Both the position numbers and the translations under genes were made by a program. A DNA stretch of 58,867 nucleotides, from IMG/VR virus record IMGVR_UViG_3300034062_004791, positions 1 to 58,867 of that record. One strand, 5' to 3'. The stretch's first letter is position 1. Each line of letters starts with the position of its first letter. Below the pieces are notes generated by a model. That model worked only from the letters and a program-made list of their open reading frames with translations, did not search any database and was not told the DNA's origin. Source of the stretch: a virus. Lineage: Duplodnaviria; Caudoviricetes. Below are positions 26,060-37,647 of the stretch, one piece after another.

Positions 26060-26802
26060 TCATATTCACGGTTAAATGCGTCTTCTCCAATATTTTTAAT
26101 CGTCATCTCCTTCCAATTATTATCTAGTCTAGGAATATCTCTCCAATCATATTCGGATAATACATATTTGTTTATACCATTCTTCGTATCTTCAACTATC
26201 TCATTAAAATAACTACCTTCTTTTTTGGTACTTGCGATAATTATTTTGGGTGAGCCATTACGATGAAAGAAAGAAGCCAATAAATTCTCAGAAGTATAGT
26301 ACTCCATAAAAGCAAATTCATCTAAGAATGCGTGAGTATATTCCCAATTCTCCCAAGTTTCGGGTGCGGATATATTTGTTACTATTTTTATCCTAGAATT
26401 ATTTTTAAGTATTAACCACATTGAGGTTCTTTTTACTATTTTGGGTTTAATCCAATCAGGCAACTGTTCATAAGCATTATAGAATCGTTCAAGTAAATAT
26501 TTTGAATTTTGATAACTAAAACTACTAATCACAATATTGCAATTAGATTTAAAGATTGCCTGATGTAAAAGGTAGAATAATGGAACAGATGATTTACCAA
26601 ATTGTCTTGGGGCCTTTATAAGATTGTATTTGTTTTTATGAATTTTTTTGACTATTTCTTCTTGGGCCGAATAAAGAAGAAATGGCGCATTGCGTTCTTC
26701 AAGTGAAGAAAATTTTACATAATTGTTGATAAAATAAGCTGGGTCATTAGAACATTTAATTAATTCTGAAAAATTAGAAATTTTGTTTAATAGGTTAATC
26801 AT
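26056..26802 (-). CDS. Terminase large-subunit-like ATPase domain only (gp17 paralog lacking the nuclease domain)
   Basis: DPAYFINNYVK, LYSAQ, PRQFGKS (Walker A), FLDEFAF (Walker B), IIIAST; ends at FNREYE. Confidence 0.85.
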   Translation of the reverse strand: MINLLNKISNFSELIKCSNDPAYFINNYVKFSSLEERNAPFLLYSAQEEIVKKIHKNKYNLIKAPRQFGKSSVPLFYLLHQAIFKSNCNIVISSFSYQNSKYLLERFYNAYEQLPDWIKPKIVKRTSMWLILKNNSRIKIVTNISAPETWENWEYTHAFLDEFAFMEYYTSENLLASFFHRNGSPKIIIASTKKEGSYFNEIVEDTKNGINKYVLSEYDWRDIPRLDNNWKEMTIKNIGEDAFNREYE

Positions 26803-26949
26803 ATCAAAAAGGTTGAATGCGGTCAAGAATAATTGCAAACACAGGAAGGGCAATAAAAAACAGAAGCCAAGAAATGCTTGTATATTCAAATACAAGAAAA
26901 ATCCACAGACACAAAAACGCTATCCATAAAACTAAAAAGGTTAGGTATT

Positions 26950-27852
26950 TCATGTTACTGAGTTGATAAAATTTCTATCTGGGACTAGGCTCTGTTGATT
27001 TCTCAATACTGTACCATTAAAACCGTCCATTAGCAAGAGGTTGTACCCACGGTTCCAGGCACTTTGCAAACCAGAAACATTAGACTGAAGTGCCCAGGAA
27101 TGGTCTGTATCAAATATAATGGGCTTATTAACTCTAGAAAACTGCCCATTATTTAGAGCAGTGAAGGTAGGACCATACCAATCGGCTCCTGTTTTCTGCA
27201 TCCAGGCTAATTCATTTTTGCCACTAGATGCCCTGATTCCTCTTGCATAAGAAACACCGACTGGTTTATCAGACCACTTATTAACCCACTTCACAACTTG
27301 CTTTTGAAACCAACCAGTTGAGTTGGACATTAACTCATTCCCTACTTCATAAATCACATTACCATAAGGCTCTAGAGTTTCTACAACTCTTTTAACATGG
27401 GCTCTTTGAAACTTATTCCAAGGTCCCTTCGTATGAACTTCTTCGTGGGATTTTGGTCCTAGACCATTAAATGGATGATTCTCCCAGGCCAAAGGGAAAA
27501 TGTCAGGAATAGAACCTTCAAAAAGAACGACTCCTGTTACAATGTCTCTTTTTTCGGCTCTTTTTACGGCATCTTCTAAATTAGTATAAAAAGTATTATT
27601 TAAGGCGCCATTCTTTTTCCAAGGACCATTTTTAATTCTTATAGTACCAGGAGTATTACTTCCCCAAATAGATTGGGAGAAGTTTGCTCCTTTTGTTTCT
27701 ACAGTCCAGAGTCTTGTAAAGTTTCCGGTTATTTTATCAATTCCTATTTTTTCACCACCAATTGTCTGAACAGTGTTCCAGGTGTGATTGCCCGCAAGGC
27801 GAATTTTCTTTCCGTCTTTATAAAAATCTTTACCTTTTATGGTTATGGACAT
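26950..27852 (-). CDS. Glycoside hydrolase-like TIM-barrel protein (clan GH-A-like), late
   Basis: NVIYEVGNE acid/base motif; KPIIFDTDH; CTAAATA late promoter at ~27877-27883. Confidence 0.65.
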   Translation of the reverse strand: MSITIKGKDFYKDGKKIRLAGNHTWNTVQTIGGEKIGIDKITGNFTRLWTVETKGANFSQSIWGSNTPGTIRIKNGPWKKNGALNNTFYTNLEDAVKRAEKRDIVTGVVLFEGSIPDIFPLAWENHPFNGLGPKSHEEVHTKGPWNKFQRAHVKRVVETLEPYGNVIYEVGNELMSNSTGWFQKQVVKWVNKWSDKPVGVSYARGIRASSGKNELAWMQKTGADWYGPTFTALNNGQFSRVNKPIIFDTDHSWALQSNVSGLQSAWNRGYNLLLMDGFNGTVLRNQQSLVPDRNFINSVT

Positions 27853-28352
27853 AATTCCTAAATCAGGAGTTATGACTATTTAGATTAATCATAGTACGAA
27901 TCAGTTCGTTGGCAAGTGCTTTCTAAATCTTCTATTTTGTCTTGTAGGTCTAGGATAACCTCAATAATTTTGTACTTATCCAGGTTTCCGGCCTCATCAA
28001 CAATCATTGAAATATATGAATCGTTGATTATTTTTTGTTGTTCTTCGTAAGATTTAAGCCAAAATTCTTTTTTTTCTTTAGAAAAATATGTGCTAAAGTC
28101 TTTTGGAGTGTGTCTCATTTTAATCTATCTCTCATCATTTTTACACATTTGTCCCATTGCATCGTATCATAAGATGGTCTAGAGCTTTCTTTTGGTAGCC
28201 ACCTAGCAACTAAATCAATAACTTCTTGAGTGCAATTGTGGGAGAATCCTAACTCATCTTGAATGAGTTGATAAAGCGTCGGAGGCTTATTCTTTTCGAC
28301 CCAGTTGTCAATAATACTCAGGCACTTTTTAAGATGTTCGTCTTGTTCTTGT

Positions 28353-28508
28353 TCAGTCATAAACCCCTCTAATTAATTCGGCAGTTTCTTCAATCAGTTC
28401 TTGTGTGATGTGGGAATATTCGCAATCTTTTGGAGTTGCAATATAAGGAAACTTGGCCTTATTTGGCTCAAATTTCCCGGCCAGGAGTGGTTTTTGGATT
28501 TTAGTCAT
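28353..28508 (-). pseudogene. Chimeric remnant: N-terminus of an ATP-dependent DNA ligase fused to an unrelated tail
   Basis: MTKIQKPLLAGKFEPNKAKFPYIATPK|DCEYSHIT...; ligase resemblance stops at the motif I lysine. Confidence 0.5.
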
Positions 28509-28975
28509 TCTTCATTCCGCCTCACATAATTGACCATAAAACTATAATCACGCAATGCTTCTTCTACTACAGATTCGTCGCAGTGCTCAAGCATTTCTTC
28601 TTCGGTAGCATAACCATTAAGTGAAACATCAATAATAAATTTAGCTATTTTAGCTGTACTCCTCAAACCATTCATCTCCATAATTCTCACGAATTTCAGT
28701 AGTAAGTTGCTCGTCGCTCACGTTCTTATACTCACTTACCAAATATTCATAAAGAGTTTCTTCTTTGAGTTTTTGAGACATACTATCCATAATAAAATTT
28801 ACGTAATTATCAACTAGTTTAGTCATTATTTAACTCTCCTTCAAGTTGAACAATAAGTTTTTTTAATAGCTTGTCCTGAATTGCCTTAGCAAACTCAATA
28901 ATACCGTCATCGGTTCCAGACCATCGATGCTTGCCTTTTACAAAATAATATGTAGCAAGTTCAAGACTTTGCTCA

Positions 28976-29272
28976 TCAGTCATTTGCATCGATTTCACAG
29001 CACACAAGTTCCCAATTTAATTGTTCAACCAAATCTTCTAATTGTTGAACACGAACATTCAACCGTTCAATCTCTCTAGAAGCATCATAAATCAACCGAT
29101 GAGGTTTGTCTTTCCAAGTATATGCATAATCACCCTCTCCTGATGGCGCCAGGCGAAGATGATACGTCATTTTAGTTGGCATATCAGGGATTTGACAATC
29201 ATTCTTCAATTGTAGAAGGTTTTCTTGTGAAACAGGAGTCAAATTCCAATCTGGTGTAGGGATAATAGTCAT
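28976..29272 (-). CDS. Hypothetical protein
   Basis: AYTWKDKPHRLIYDA motif. Confidence 0.7.
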   Translation of the reverse strand: MTIIPTPDWNLTPVSQENLLQLKNDCQIPDMPTKMTYHLRLAPSGEGDYAYTWKDKPHRLIYDASREIERLNVRVQQLEDLVEQLNWELVCCEIDAND

Positions 29273-29309
29273 TTCAGTTGTCTATAAGAAAGTTCTTTAG
29301 TGAAGGCGG

Positions 29310-29855
29310 TCATTTTTTCAAAGAGTAAAGGAGTTTTGCGATTTGTTCCTCGGAAAGGTCTTTGATTGCTTCTTTTGCCTTTTCTACTGCCTCATCAGTT
29401 GGCTCATCAAAGGTTTCTCTGGTTTTTATTTCGTAGGCCCCTTCACCGTAGATTTCTTCAATATCCCATCTATCATCAAATTGGGGGTTATGGGGAGTTC
29501 CATTCTTCCTATACTCCATGAGTGCGTGAATATACCAAATATTCTTGGATTTTTTTTCAATGTCCCTGAGGAGATATTTACCCGACTTAAACTTCACATA
29601 AACTGTTTGTCCCTCAAAATCCCCAAGATTGATGTTGGGGTAGCGTTGGGCGGGTCCATTCATAGTGTCAATTACAGTGATTGTAGCAATTTGGGGCATA
29701 CTGGCTCCCTCACCAGTGAGAGTAAATCCCCAGCCAGCAACAACGTATGAGTATTTTAAATGATTACTAGTACTAACTACTCCAACACATGGTTGAGCTC
29801 CATTGTCAAAAGTGCATTTAACTTTCTTTCCAACATACTTGGACAGGTCAATCAT
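29310..29855 (-). CDS. Paralog of 1526..2056
   Basis: MIDLSKYVGKKV...PNINLGDFEGQTVYVK...EIYGEGAYEI...SEEQIAKLLYSLK; promoter element at 29883-29942. Confidence 0.8.
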   Translation of the reverse strand: MIDLSKYVGKKVKCTFDNGAQPCVGVVSTSNHLKYSYVVAGWGFTLTGEGASMPQIATITVIDTMNGPAQRYPNINLGDFEGQTVYVKFKSGKYLLRDIEKKSKNIWYIHALMEYRKNGTPHNPQFDDRWDIEEIYGEGAYEIKTRETFDEPTDEAVEKAKEAIKDLSEEQIAKLLYSLKK

Positions 29856-30065
29856 GAATAAAACTCCTTTGTGTTTGTGAGTGTATTATAAGCCAAAAAG
29901 GGCACCTATGAAGCGCCCCTTGTGCCAGTTGGTCAAGTGTCCTTTTTGAATTCTTCATCAAAAGTTTCAACGAATTTACTTAAATCTGGATGGCACAGTA
30001 AATCCACAAGAGATTTTCCATTTCTATCCATTAAAATCTCTTCAAAAAGTTGTTCAGGTGTCTTT

Positions 30066-30302
30066 TCATTTTCTTTGGTCATTGGTTACTTCCTCATAAG
30101 TTGTCTCGTCCAAACGAGATTTACCTACCCACGTTTTACCACAAGATAAACAATTTACCTTAAAAGTTGTTGTGTTTGCGTCTGGATTGATATTAACTCC
30201 ATTCTTATCGTATATTGGTTGAAAATACATACAAGTTCTCGTACTATCAAGTATAGTGAACTTACAATCTTCTCTAGGGCATTCTGGATTTGGGGGTTTC
30301 AT
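30066..30302 (-). CDS. Zn-ribbon-like protein
   Basis: CP...C...YDKNGVNINPD...CLSCGKTW. Confidence 0.7.
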   Translation of the reverse strand: MKPPNPECPREDCKFTILDSTRTCMYFQPIYDKNGVNINPDANTTTFKVNCLSCGKTWVGKSRLDETTYEEVTNDQRK

Positions 30303-30446
30303 TTTTTATATTTTTGTTGAATTTTAGCATATCGATTTTCGACATCATCATAAGACTTAATTGCATTATCAGAATTAAAAGAATTTGCTATGGTATAAAA
30401 TCCTTCTCCAATAGTAGCAAATCCCATCAGGATGTATTTAACGAAG

Positions 30447-33400
30447 TTAGTCATTTTTCTTTAACTTAAAATCAACGGTAATACGCTCTACTGATATGAG
30501 AGGTATAATCGTAAGGTTAATCACACCATTCTCAATATCTTCTGGTGTATTATTCGTTTCGTCGCAGATTATCTTGCAGTTATCAGACAAAAAAAATTGT
30601 CTTATTTTCTCAAGTTGTTTCTTTTGTTCTTCAGTCATTTTCTATACCAACTGTCAATGATACGATGGGCCTTATCACGCAAAGTTTTTTCATCCATAAT
30701 AAGTTCTCTATTAGAGTTTCTTATTTCAATAGGGCAGGAAAAATTCTCATCAATTTCAACTGCTACCCTATTCAATAAACTATCTAAACTATCAGATAAT
30801 AATTCCTCACATCTTTTGTGATAGTGGTCGTAAACGTATATGTATCGTTCTTCAGTCATTTCCTAGTTCTACGCTCGCTACTGTTTCAGAAGTAATATCT
30901 AGGTCACTATAAGCAAGAATATCCATAATCTTGTCCATAGTTCTTGTTCTTACATCTTCTGGAAACTTTCCACCATAATTCATCACTCTCAAACTAGCGT
31001 AGAGTGTGTCGTGGATTACGTATAGGTCTGCGCAACTTAATTGGTGTTTCATTTTTCGTCCACCCACTTAAGACCCAGTAAATTTCTCATAAAAAATTGA
31101 ACAATTCTATTTGGCTTCTTTTGCATACAAATTCTAAAATTTGGCTCAATTAAATAATAACCAACCGAAGAGGGTCCTGTTTTGAATTCAACTCTCCAAT
31201 CATAATTACTAGCAGTTATTCCTGTTCCGGTTGTAATCAAGGTTAATGAAGGAGCAAAGTATCCATAAGTCTTGGCATACTCAAATCTACTATTTGCCTG
31301 GTCAGATTTGAGTTTAAATCTGTATTCGGCACTTTCTTTAGATACAGCAAATTTCCTCTTGGTTTTTACCAAAAGTTCATCAAGAGTATTCTCAAATTCT
31401 TGTTGAATTTCTTCTATGGATTTATGAGGTTCTTCCACATAAGGAATAACGAAGTATTCCTTGACAAGCTCATATTTAGGGTCATTTTCACCAAGGAGGC
31501 TTATGTCGCAAATAATACCCAGACACTTAAAAATATTTCCTACGTCTTCAATTGTTTTGATTTTACTTGTATCAATCACATAATCTTTTCTTTCAGCCAT
31601 TTTTAAGTTCCTTTTTAGAGTTATCTATATTTTGAGTAACAAGTTCAATAAGAATATCGGATGCACCCTTACAAATAAAGGTTTCCCAATCCCCAACTAC
31701 TTGTTCATTTCTTATAAGGTCTAACAAATCAAGTGCAAAACTGATTGCCTTTTCTTGCTGTTCTTCAGTCATTTTTCTATCCAAGATTACAATTTAGATT
31801 TTTCTCCCATTGATAGCACCAGTCCTCATCAGGGTTCACTTTTTGCGGTGGTCCTTGTATATAACATTTTGTTATATTGTGTCTTATAAGTTTTTCTACG
31901 TTAATTCCAGGCATAGAAGAAAACTTATTCTTCATAGCATCTATTACTGGGTCGTATACTTCTACAGTTCTTGAGTATTCACAAGTTCCACAAGTACAGG
32001 TTTCTTTATTAGTCATTTACAACACCATATGGCATAAACTGGAAGGTTCATAAAATCTTGATAGGTCATTTCAAGTGCTTCTCATCAATAAGAATCACAG
32101 TTTCAAATGCAAGTTCTTTACAAAGTCCACAGTGGTTTCCAAATTTTTCCATTAAGTCCCACATCTGAAATTTTACATATCCATTTTCATCTTCTTCGGG
32201 TGGTTCATAAGGATTTTCTTTCAATCTACCAATAGAACTCCAAAAATCTTCCCACTGCTGTTTGTGGAGTTTCTTACCATACTCTGTAAGACGAACCTTA
32301 ACCGTTTCGTTGATGTTAAAGGATTTCATTTTAAAAACAATTCAATTAAAAAGTTTACTTGTTCATCAGTCAGTCTGATGGTTTTATGTGTAAAAACATT
32401 TTCTTTATTTAAAAGAAATGAAGAGATTGCTTCTCGCTCTTTGTAGTTTATGATAATAAATTTATAACACTGTCCATGAACAGAAGAATGAAAACTTTCT
32501 TTTATGTAGGATTGTCTCATATCAGTAAGAAGTTTATCAAACTCGCTTACTACGTCACCATAATATAGGTTGACTAGTAAGCATTGATTTCTGTCAGTCA
32601 TTTGTTGTACTTTAGTAACATTTTGAGTGTAGTTTCTGGAGGCATATCATCAATCTTATGAGGTTCAAGAAGGTCTACAAGTTCCTCATACTTTCTCTTA
32701 TAGTCAATACCCAAGTCAATATTATTATCATCAATATTTTCCCTAATCATATCCAAACTGTGAAGAATTTTATAATACTCTGGAGTGTTTGGTGGAAACA
32801 AATTACTATCAAATCTATAAGTAAGACCGTACTTATGAAAATGCTTCCTAATCTCATTTTGGGTCAACGTGAAACAAAACTTATATTCAAAGTTTTCACC
32901 ATTATAATAATCAAATTTCATTTTGCCCTCATAGCATTGATTACAGCGTCTCTTGCGGTTTGTCCTTTTGCGTGATTCATAGGAAATCCGGTGTTGATAA
33001 AAACCCAATCACTCTCACCATTCATTTGAAGAGAATGTGATTTAAATTGGTTGAGTAGAAACTCAAGGATTTCTGTGTCTGATGGTTCTTCTTCGTTTTC
33101 ATAAACTTCTTCAATACACTCAACTCCCATCAATCCTTCTGCTTGTTCTTCTGCTTCTTTGTATGTGGAATACCTTGTTGCCTCTATTTTTTTTACTTCA
33201 TACCCATCATCAAAATCATATGAACCATTATCATAACGAATTACATAATAAGGTTTGGTGTCAATCATTTTAGTTCCTTCATAAGCAGTAGAATTTTTAC
33301 CATACATTCGGCTCCAATCAGATTCATCCATTTTAGATTAACTCCATTTTAATACGACTAATTGCGGTCCGATTTTCTCCTGGGAGTGAAACATTATAGA

Positions 33401-33751
33401 GAGTAGAAAGAATTCCTCTGAGTGTTTCTCTGCGAATTTGTCGGGCGAACTCAATGATATCCACAGAACTTCCTGCATATAAAGTCATATTTGGACCGTA
33501 TGGGTCATTACTTTTCTCAGATTGAAGATAAACTTCAGCAAGTTCAATAATTTTTTCGTTGGTAATCATTGTCCTCCTGTCGCTTCAAAACATCCATCGT
33601 CATAACCATTTTCATAAGAAATTGCAGAAACTCGTTGAGCAAATCGGATAGCAACCTCACGAAAGGCATTGTTCATAAAAAGTTCATCTTGTGGGGAAAG
33701 TCCAAAATCACTTCCGTCTCCCCAAAGAACCATTAGTTCTTCTTCAGTCAT
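30447..33751 (-). other. Dense run of about 14 translationally coupled small hypothetical genes
   Basis: Overlapping ATGA/ATGACTGA junctions; includes 31049..31600, 31777..32016, 32066..32329, 32326..32601 and 33333..33569. Confidence 0.75.
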
Positions 33752-33920
33752 TTTTCTCCACCTCTTTAAAAGTTAGAAATGCGACTGCCAATTTTTCTCC
33801 TTTGCTTTCTTTATCGCCCAACACGACATACTTGTATGTATCCTCTTCGGGTTGATCCACTTTTATCATTTTTGTTTTGGTCATCAGGTCTCCTTTGATG
33901 GTTCATAGTATTATAGGGCA

Positions 33921-34391
33921 TCACAGACCACTCTGGATGCCCTTGTGTGACGGTTCGTCAGGTGTCCTATAACTCGGTCCTCTTGGTACAAAATTAACAG
34001 AAACTAAAAAATAATCATCTATAACTCCATCTTCTTTAATAGTTACAATACCAGTCAAGACAACCTTATAAAGATTTAAATTATCAGGTTCAGATACAAG
34101 ACCACTCATAAATTTACCTTTAGGGGTATCTAGTATTTTTAGGTCAAGATAAAGTTTATTATCAATAATTCTAGGATTATAATATTTAAACGCTATATCA
34201 CTTAAATTAGTAATACAATTGTAATCTATAAATCCAACCACACCAAGATTAGACTTTTTACTGATTAGTTCATCAATTTGTCCTTTTATATTTTGTATTA
34301 ACTCAACAGAATTATTGGCACTGAAAGGTATTGACCATTCCTCGGTGACACAAACATCCTTGAGTTCATTAGTTTCTTTATGGAAGTTCAT
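33921..34391 (-). CDS. Degenerate T4 gp21-like prohead protease paralog
   Basis: NLGVVGF...TNLSDIAF...LKILDTPKGKFM parallels GELGHP...NLDRVSH...KILDTPxGK; catalytic His and Ser motifs not seen. Confidence 0.55.
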   Translation of the reverse strand: MNFHKETNELKDVCVTEEWSIPFSANNSVELIQNIKGQIDELISKKSNLGVVGFIDYNCITNLSDIAFKYYNPRIIDNKLYLDLKILDTPKGKFMSGLVSEPDNLNLYKVVLTGIVTIKEDGVIDDYFLVSVNFVPRGPSYRTPDEPSHKGIQSGL

Positions 34392-34632
34392 GGCCCATAC
34401 TCCTTGTAATTTTCAACGTAACATCATTATCGGGATTTTTTGTATCATTAAAAACAAAAATCAGTTTCTCAATCTTCTCCATATACATAATGTCTTCCAA
34501 AGGCGAGAGCAGAGCAAACATCAGCATGAGCAAATGTTACAAAGTAGTTTTTATATTCATCTTGCTCAATAAAATTGATTTTATATCCATAATTTTGAAG
34601 TTTAATTGAGGCGTCAAAGAATTGTGTTAGGT

Positions 34633-34845
34633 TCATAATTTGTAATCTACTAGACCATCTACGGGATTTTGTTGCATCCAAATAAGTGCCTTATCCAGGT
34701 CTCCATCTGTTGAATATAACGCCTTTGCACAGTGCATCATAGGAAACTGATTGTTAGACATTTTTTTGAGTTCTTGTATTTTGTGTTTGTCTCTGTGGAT
34801 TGAAAATCTTGGCTCAGTCACTTTTGGGTCTCCCGGATGAATCAT
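34633..34845 (-). CDS. EF-Ts N-terminal (UBA-like) domain mini-protein
   Basis: KIQELKKMS...PMMHCAKALYSTDGDLDKALIWM versus the EF-Ts pattern VKELRE.TG.GMMDCKKAL...GDLEKAIEWL; TATAAATA at 34870-34877. Confidence 0.7.
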   Translation of the reverse strand: MIHPGDPKVTEPRFSIHRDKHKIQELKKMSNNQFPMMHCAKALYSTDGDLDKALIWMQQNPVDGLVDYKL

Positions 34846-35242
34846 AAGGTGAAGAGTTTTCTGAACGAGTATTTATAGGTTTTGATAGAACCGGAAGTCT
34901 TGGTTCATAAGGAGATTGTGGATGGGTTTGGTTTTCTTGTTGTTTGGTCATTTTTTAAATAAATCTTCAAGGTCTTTTGGGAACAAACTAGTTTTTACAA
35001 GAGGCAAAATGTCCGGTAGTTGGGCAACAGAAAAGTCCTTGACTTCTCCGACTGATACCATAATCTGAGAGAGAATTTGCGTAATCTGGGACTGTAGTTG
35101 TTCGTTCATAAAGGTTGAGTGGTTTACAAGGTCATTATAAGTCAAAGTCCACCCCACCACAAGGCAGAGTGGACGGTTGGTTAGGTGTCTATTAAGATTT
35201 TTACTTTTTTAAATTCTTTATATCTAATTTTATATGTAAAAA

Positions 35243-36709
35243 TTAACCTCCTATTCCAGTTATAAATTGACGAATTTCTGTTGGACATATAATAAACGAC
35301 CATAAATCATTTGTAGAATCTAAATTCGTATCAGCATACACTTGAATTCCTAAAGATTCATTGTAAGATGCGGTAAAAGTTACGCTCCCAATTCCAGATA
35401 CCCTAGATGTTTCATTTAAATAAACTATATTTCCTTGATATTCCCTAACTATTGATAACTCAGATAGTTGACATCCACCGTTTCCTCCCTGCCCCTGAAC
35501 TAATAGTTTTACAGAACCAATATGAGTCCCATATCCAACGCTCGTATAAATTATTGAACTAGATGCTCCTCCAACTGCTCCAAATTGAGTTGCTTTTCCA
35601 ATAATAAAATCTTGATTAAAATGCAATCCTTCTGAGAATAATCCCAAAGTACATATTGAAGGTTCGTTTGTATCAACTACCCCCAATATAACCATTGGGT
35701 CATTCTCAGTTTTATTTGTAAATAGAAATTCAGAGAACTCGGATAAAGTACCTAATCCAACAACTACACTATGATTCTCATTTGAAACACCAAACCCTGA
35801 AAGATAAGTACCACTCAAGACTGTACGAGACGATTCTATATTTATTTCCTCGGATGAGGTGATAGATATATCTTCATCTGCGGAAATAACTATATCGGAA
35901 TTTAATTCTATAGAACTGGCATAAGTACCGCTGACCAAAGATATTCCACCATTACCTTGTACTTTAACATAATTATCGTCATCTCCTAAAAATAAATCTC
36001 CTTTTAGATAGAGAGAGGTAAATTCATTTACCACAGAAATAGTTATTAATATATCATCGTCACCCGATATTCCTCCGACATAAGAACCATCAATTGTTAA
36101 AATCTCATCTACTTGATAATTCTGTCCTGGATTTATAATTGTGATGGAATCAACTTCTCCACTTGAGTCTCTAGATACATTAAAAACTGCATCAAAACCA
36201 TTGGCACTTGATGCCGTAACATCTACATAAGATTGATTTGCTTCTTCAATAATAACTGTTGATGGTGCATATGAGAATGAAGAAATTGAACCTGCTAATT
36301 GATTTGAATAATAATTAGATGTTGTACTTAGTATTCCAGCTGCAATATGAATATGTGGAGCATCATCATTAAATGTAGGGTAAATATTTACATATTGCCC
36401 ATTTGTAACAAATGGTGTTTCCTCACCATCAAGTGATGGAATAAGTTGAATAACACCTAATGGGAAATCCTCATTAACATCACCAATAATACTCTCTGCA
36501 GAAAAAGATATATTTCCTGTATCTGCGGACCCCGAACCAGATTCAGAACTCCCAAAAGAGACTCCACCTGGAGTTACTCCATCAGATAATTTTAATTCGG
36601 GAAAGTTGGGGTCATAAAATACTTCTCCTTCATTACCAATAAACTGAGCTGGGTTAGAATCTCCAAGTTTCTCTAAAAGAATTCTATAAGTAGTATTTGG
36701 TAAAGACAT
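35243..36709 (-). CDS. Putative virion fibre/structural protein, late
   Basis: N-terminal FIGNEGEVFYDP...LKLSDGVTPGG fibre-anchor motif; S/G/T-rich beta repeats (INPGQNYQVDEILTI); CTAAATA at 36734-36740. Confidence 0.75.
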   Translation of the reverse strand: MSLPNTTYRILLEKLGDSNPAQFIGNEGEVFYDPNFPELKLSDGVTPGGVSFGSSESGSGSADTGNISFSAESIIGDVNEDFPLGVIQLIPSLDGEETPFVTNGQYVNIYPTFNDDAPHIHIAAGILSTTSNYYSNQLAGSISSFSYAPSTVIIEEANQSYVDVTASSANGFDAVFNVSRDSSGEVDSITIINPGQNYQVDEILTIDGSYVGGISGDDDILITISVVNEFTSLYLKGDLFLGDDDNYVKVQGNGGISLVSGTYASSIELNSDIVISADEDISITSSEEINIESSRTVLSGTYLSGFGVSNENHSVVVGLGTLSEFSEFLFTNKTENDPMVILGVVDTNEPSICTLGLFSEGLHFNQDFIIGKATQFGAVGGASSSIIYTSVGYGTHIGSVKLLVQGQGGNGGCQLSELSIVREYQGNIVYLNETSRVSGIGSVTFTASYNESLGIQVYADTNLDSTNDLWSFIICPTEIRQFITGIGG

Positions 36710-37647
36710 TATAGTAGAATAGTTTTTATTAACTATTTAGTATACAGCAAAAAGCACAGACTCCTTTGCGGGTCTGTGCCAGTTGGTTATGTGTCCTTCT
36801 TTATGCAACGGATAAAAATACATCCTTCTTCACCACAGCCACACATAATATGAGAATAATTTGCTGGTTGTTCAATCTCTCCTCGTTTTACCCGTGAGTT
36901 CAGAATATTCTGTTCCCTTACGGCAGCAGAAAGGTCTTTAGGTGTCATCCATCGGTAACTCATAAATCCTCTAATTCATTTACTACTTGTTCAATTTCAT
37001 CAGAATAAACGACATAATCATTACTACCATAAAGCCTGCCATAAAACTCATCCACCTCTTGATTTGATGGTAATGATTCTGAGCATAAAGTATTTAATTC
37101 ACGAATAGCAGTTGCCAGGGCCTCTCGCATATCATCGGATGGTTCTACAATCAACTCGTCTTTGAATGCTTGCCAGATTTTTTGGGCCTTACTCATTTTC
37201 AAGTTCCCCAATAATCTTCTTAATATCCTTTTCATTAATCACATTAATTCCGTGATCCCCATCAAGATGAAAGTGATTATAAGAACACTGATTAATAAGT
37301 TCACGAAGAGTTTGGGCAATGCAGAGTTCTTGCCAATCGTCGTCAAATGGGCCTAGGTTTTCGTATCGCTCATTAAAAGCATCTACTAGTTTTTGGGCGT
37401 TGTTAGTTGAGTTGGTTTCCATAATACCTCACATAACGGAATAATTGAACTTTTAGTAATGAATCCGGGTTTTGTGTATTCTTCTTTATAATGTTGAATG
37501 AATACTTTTGCGTCTACTCTGTCTTCAAAAGGTCCAACATACCGATGAAGAATTTGACCCCTTTCACCGGTATAAAGAGCCACAATGAACTTATGATGAT
37601 GTTCTGGGTATGTATCTTGAGAATTTACCCACTCATAATATTCTTCT

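Noticed and set aside
35243-36709. Diversity-generating retroelement target
   Set aside because: Only an N-terminal fibre-anchor motif is present; no reverse transcriptase or template/variable repeat pair was seen.
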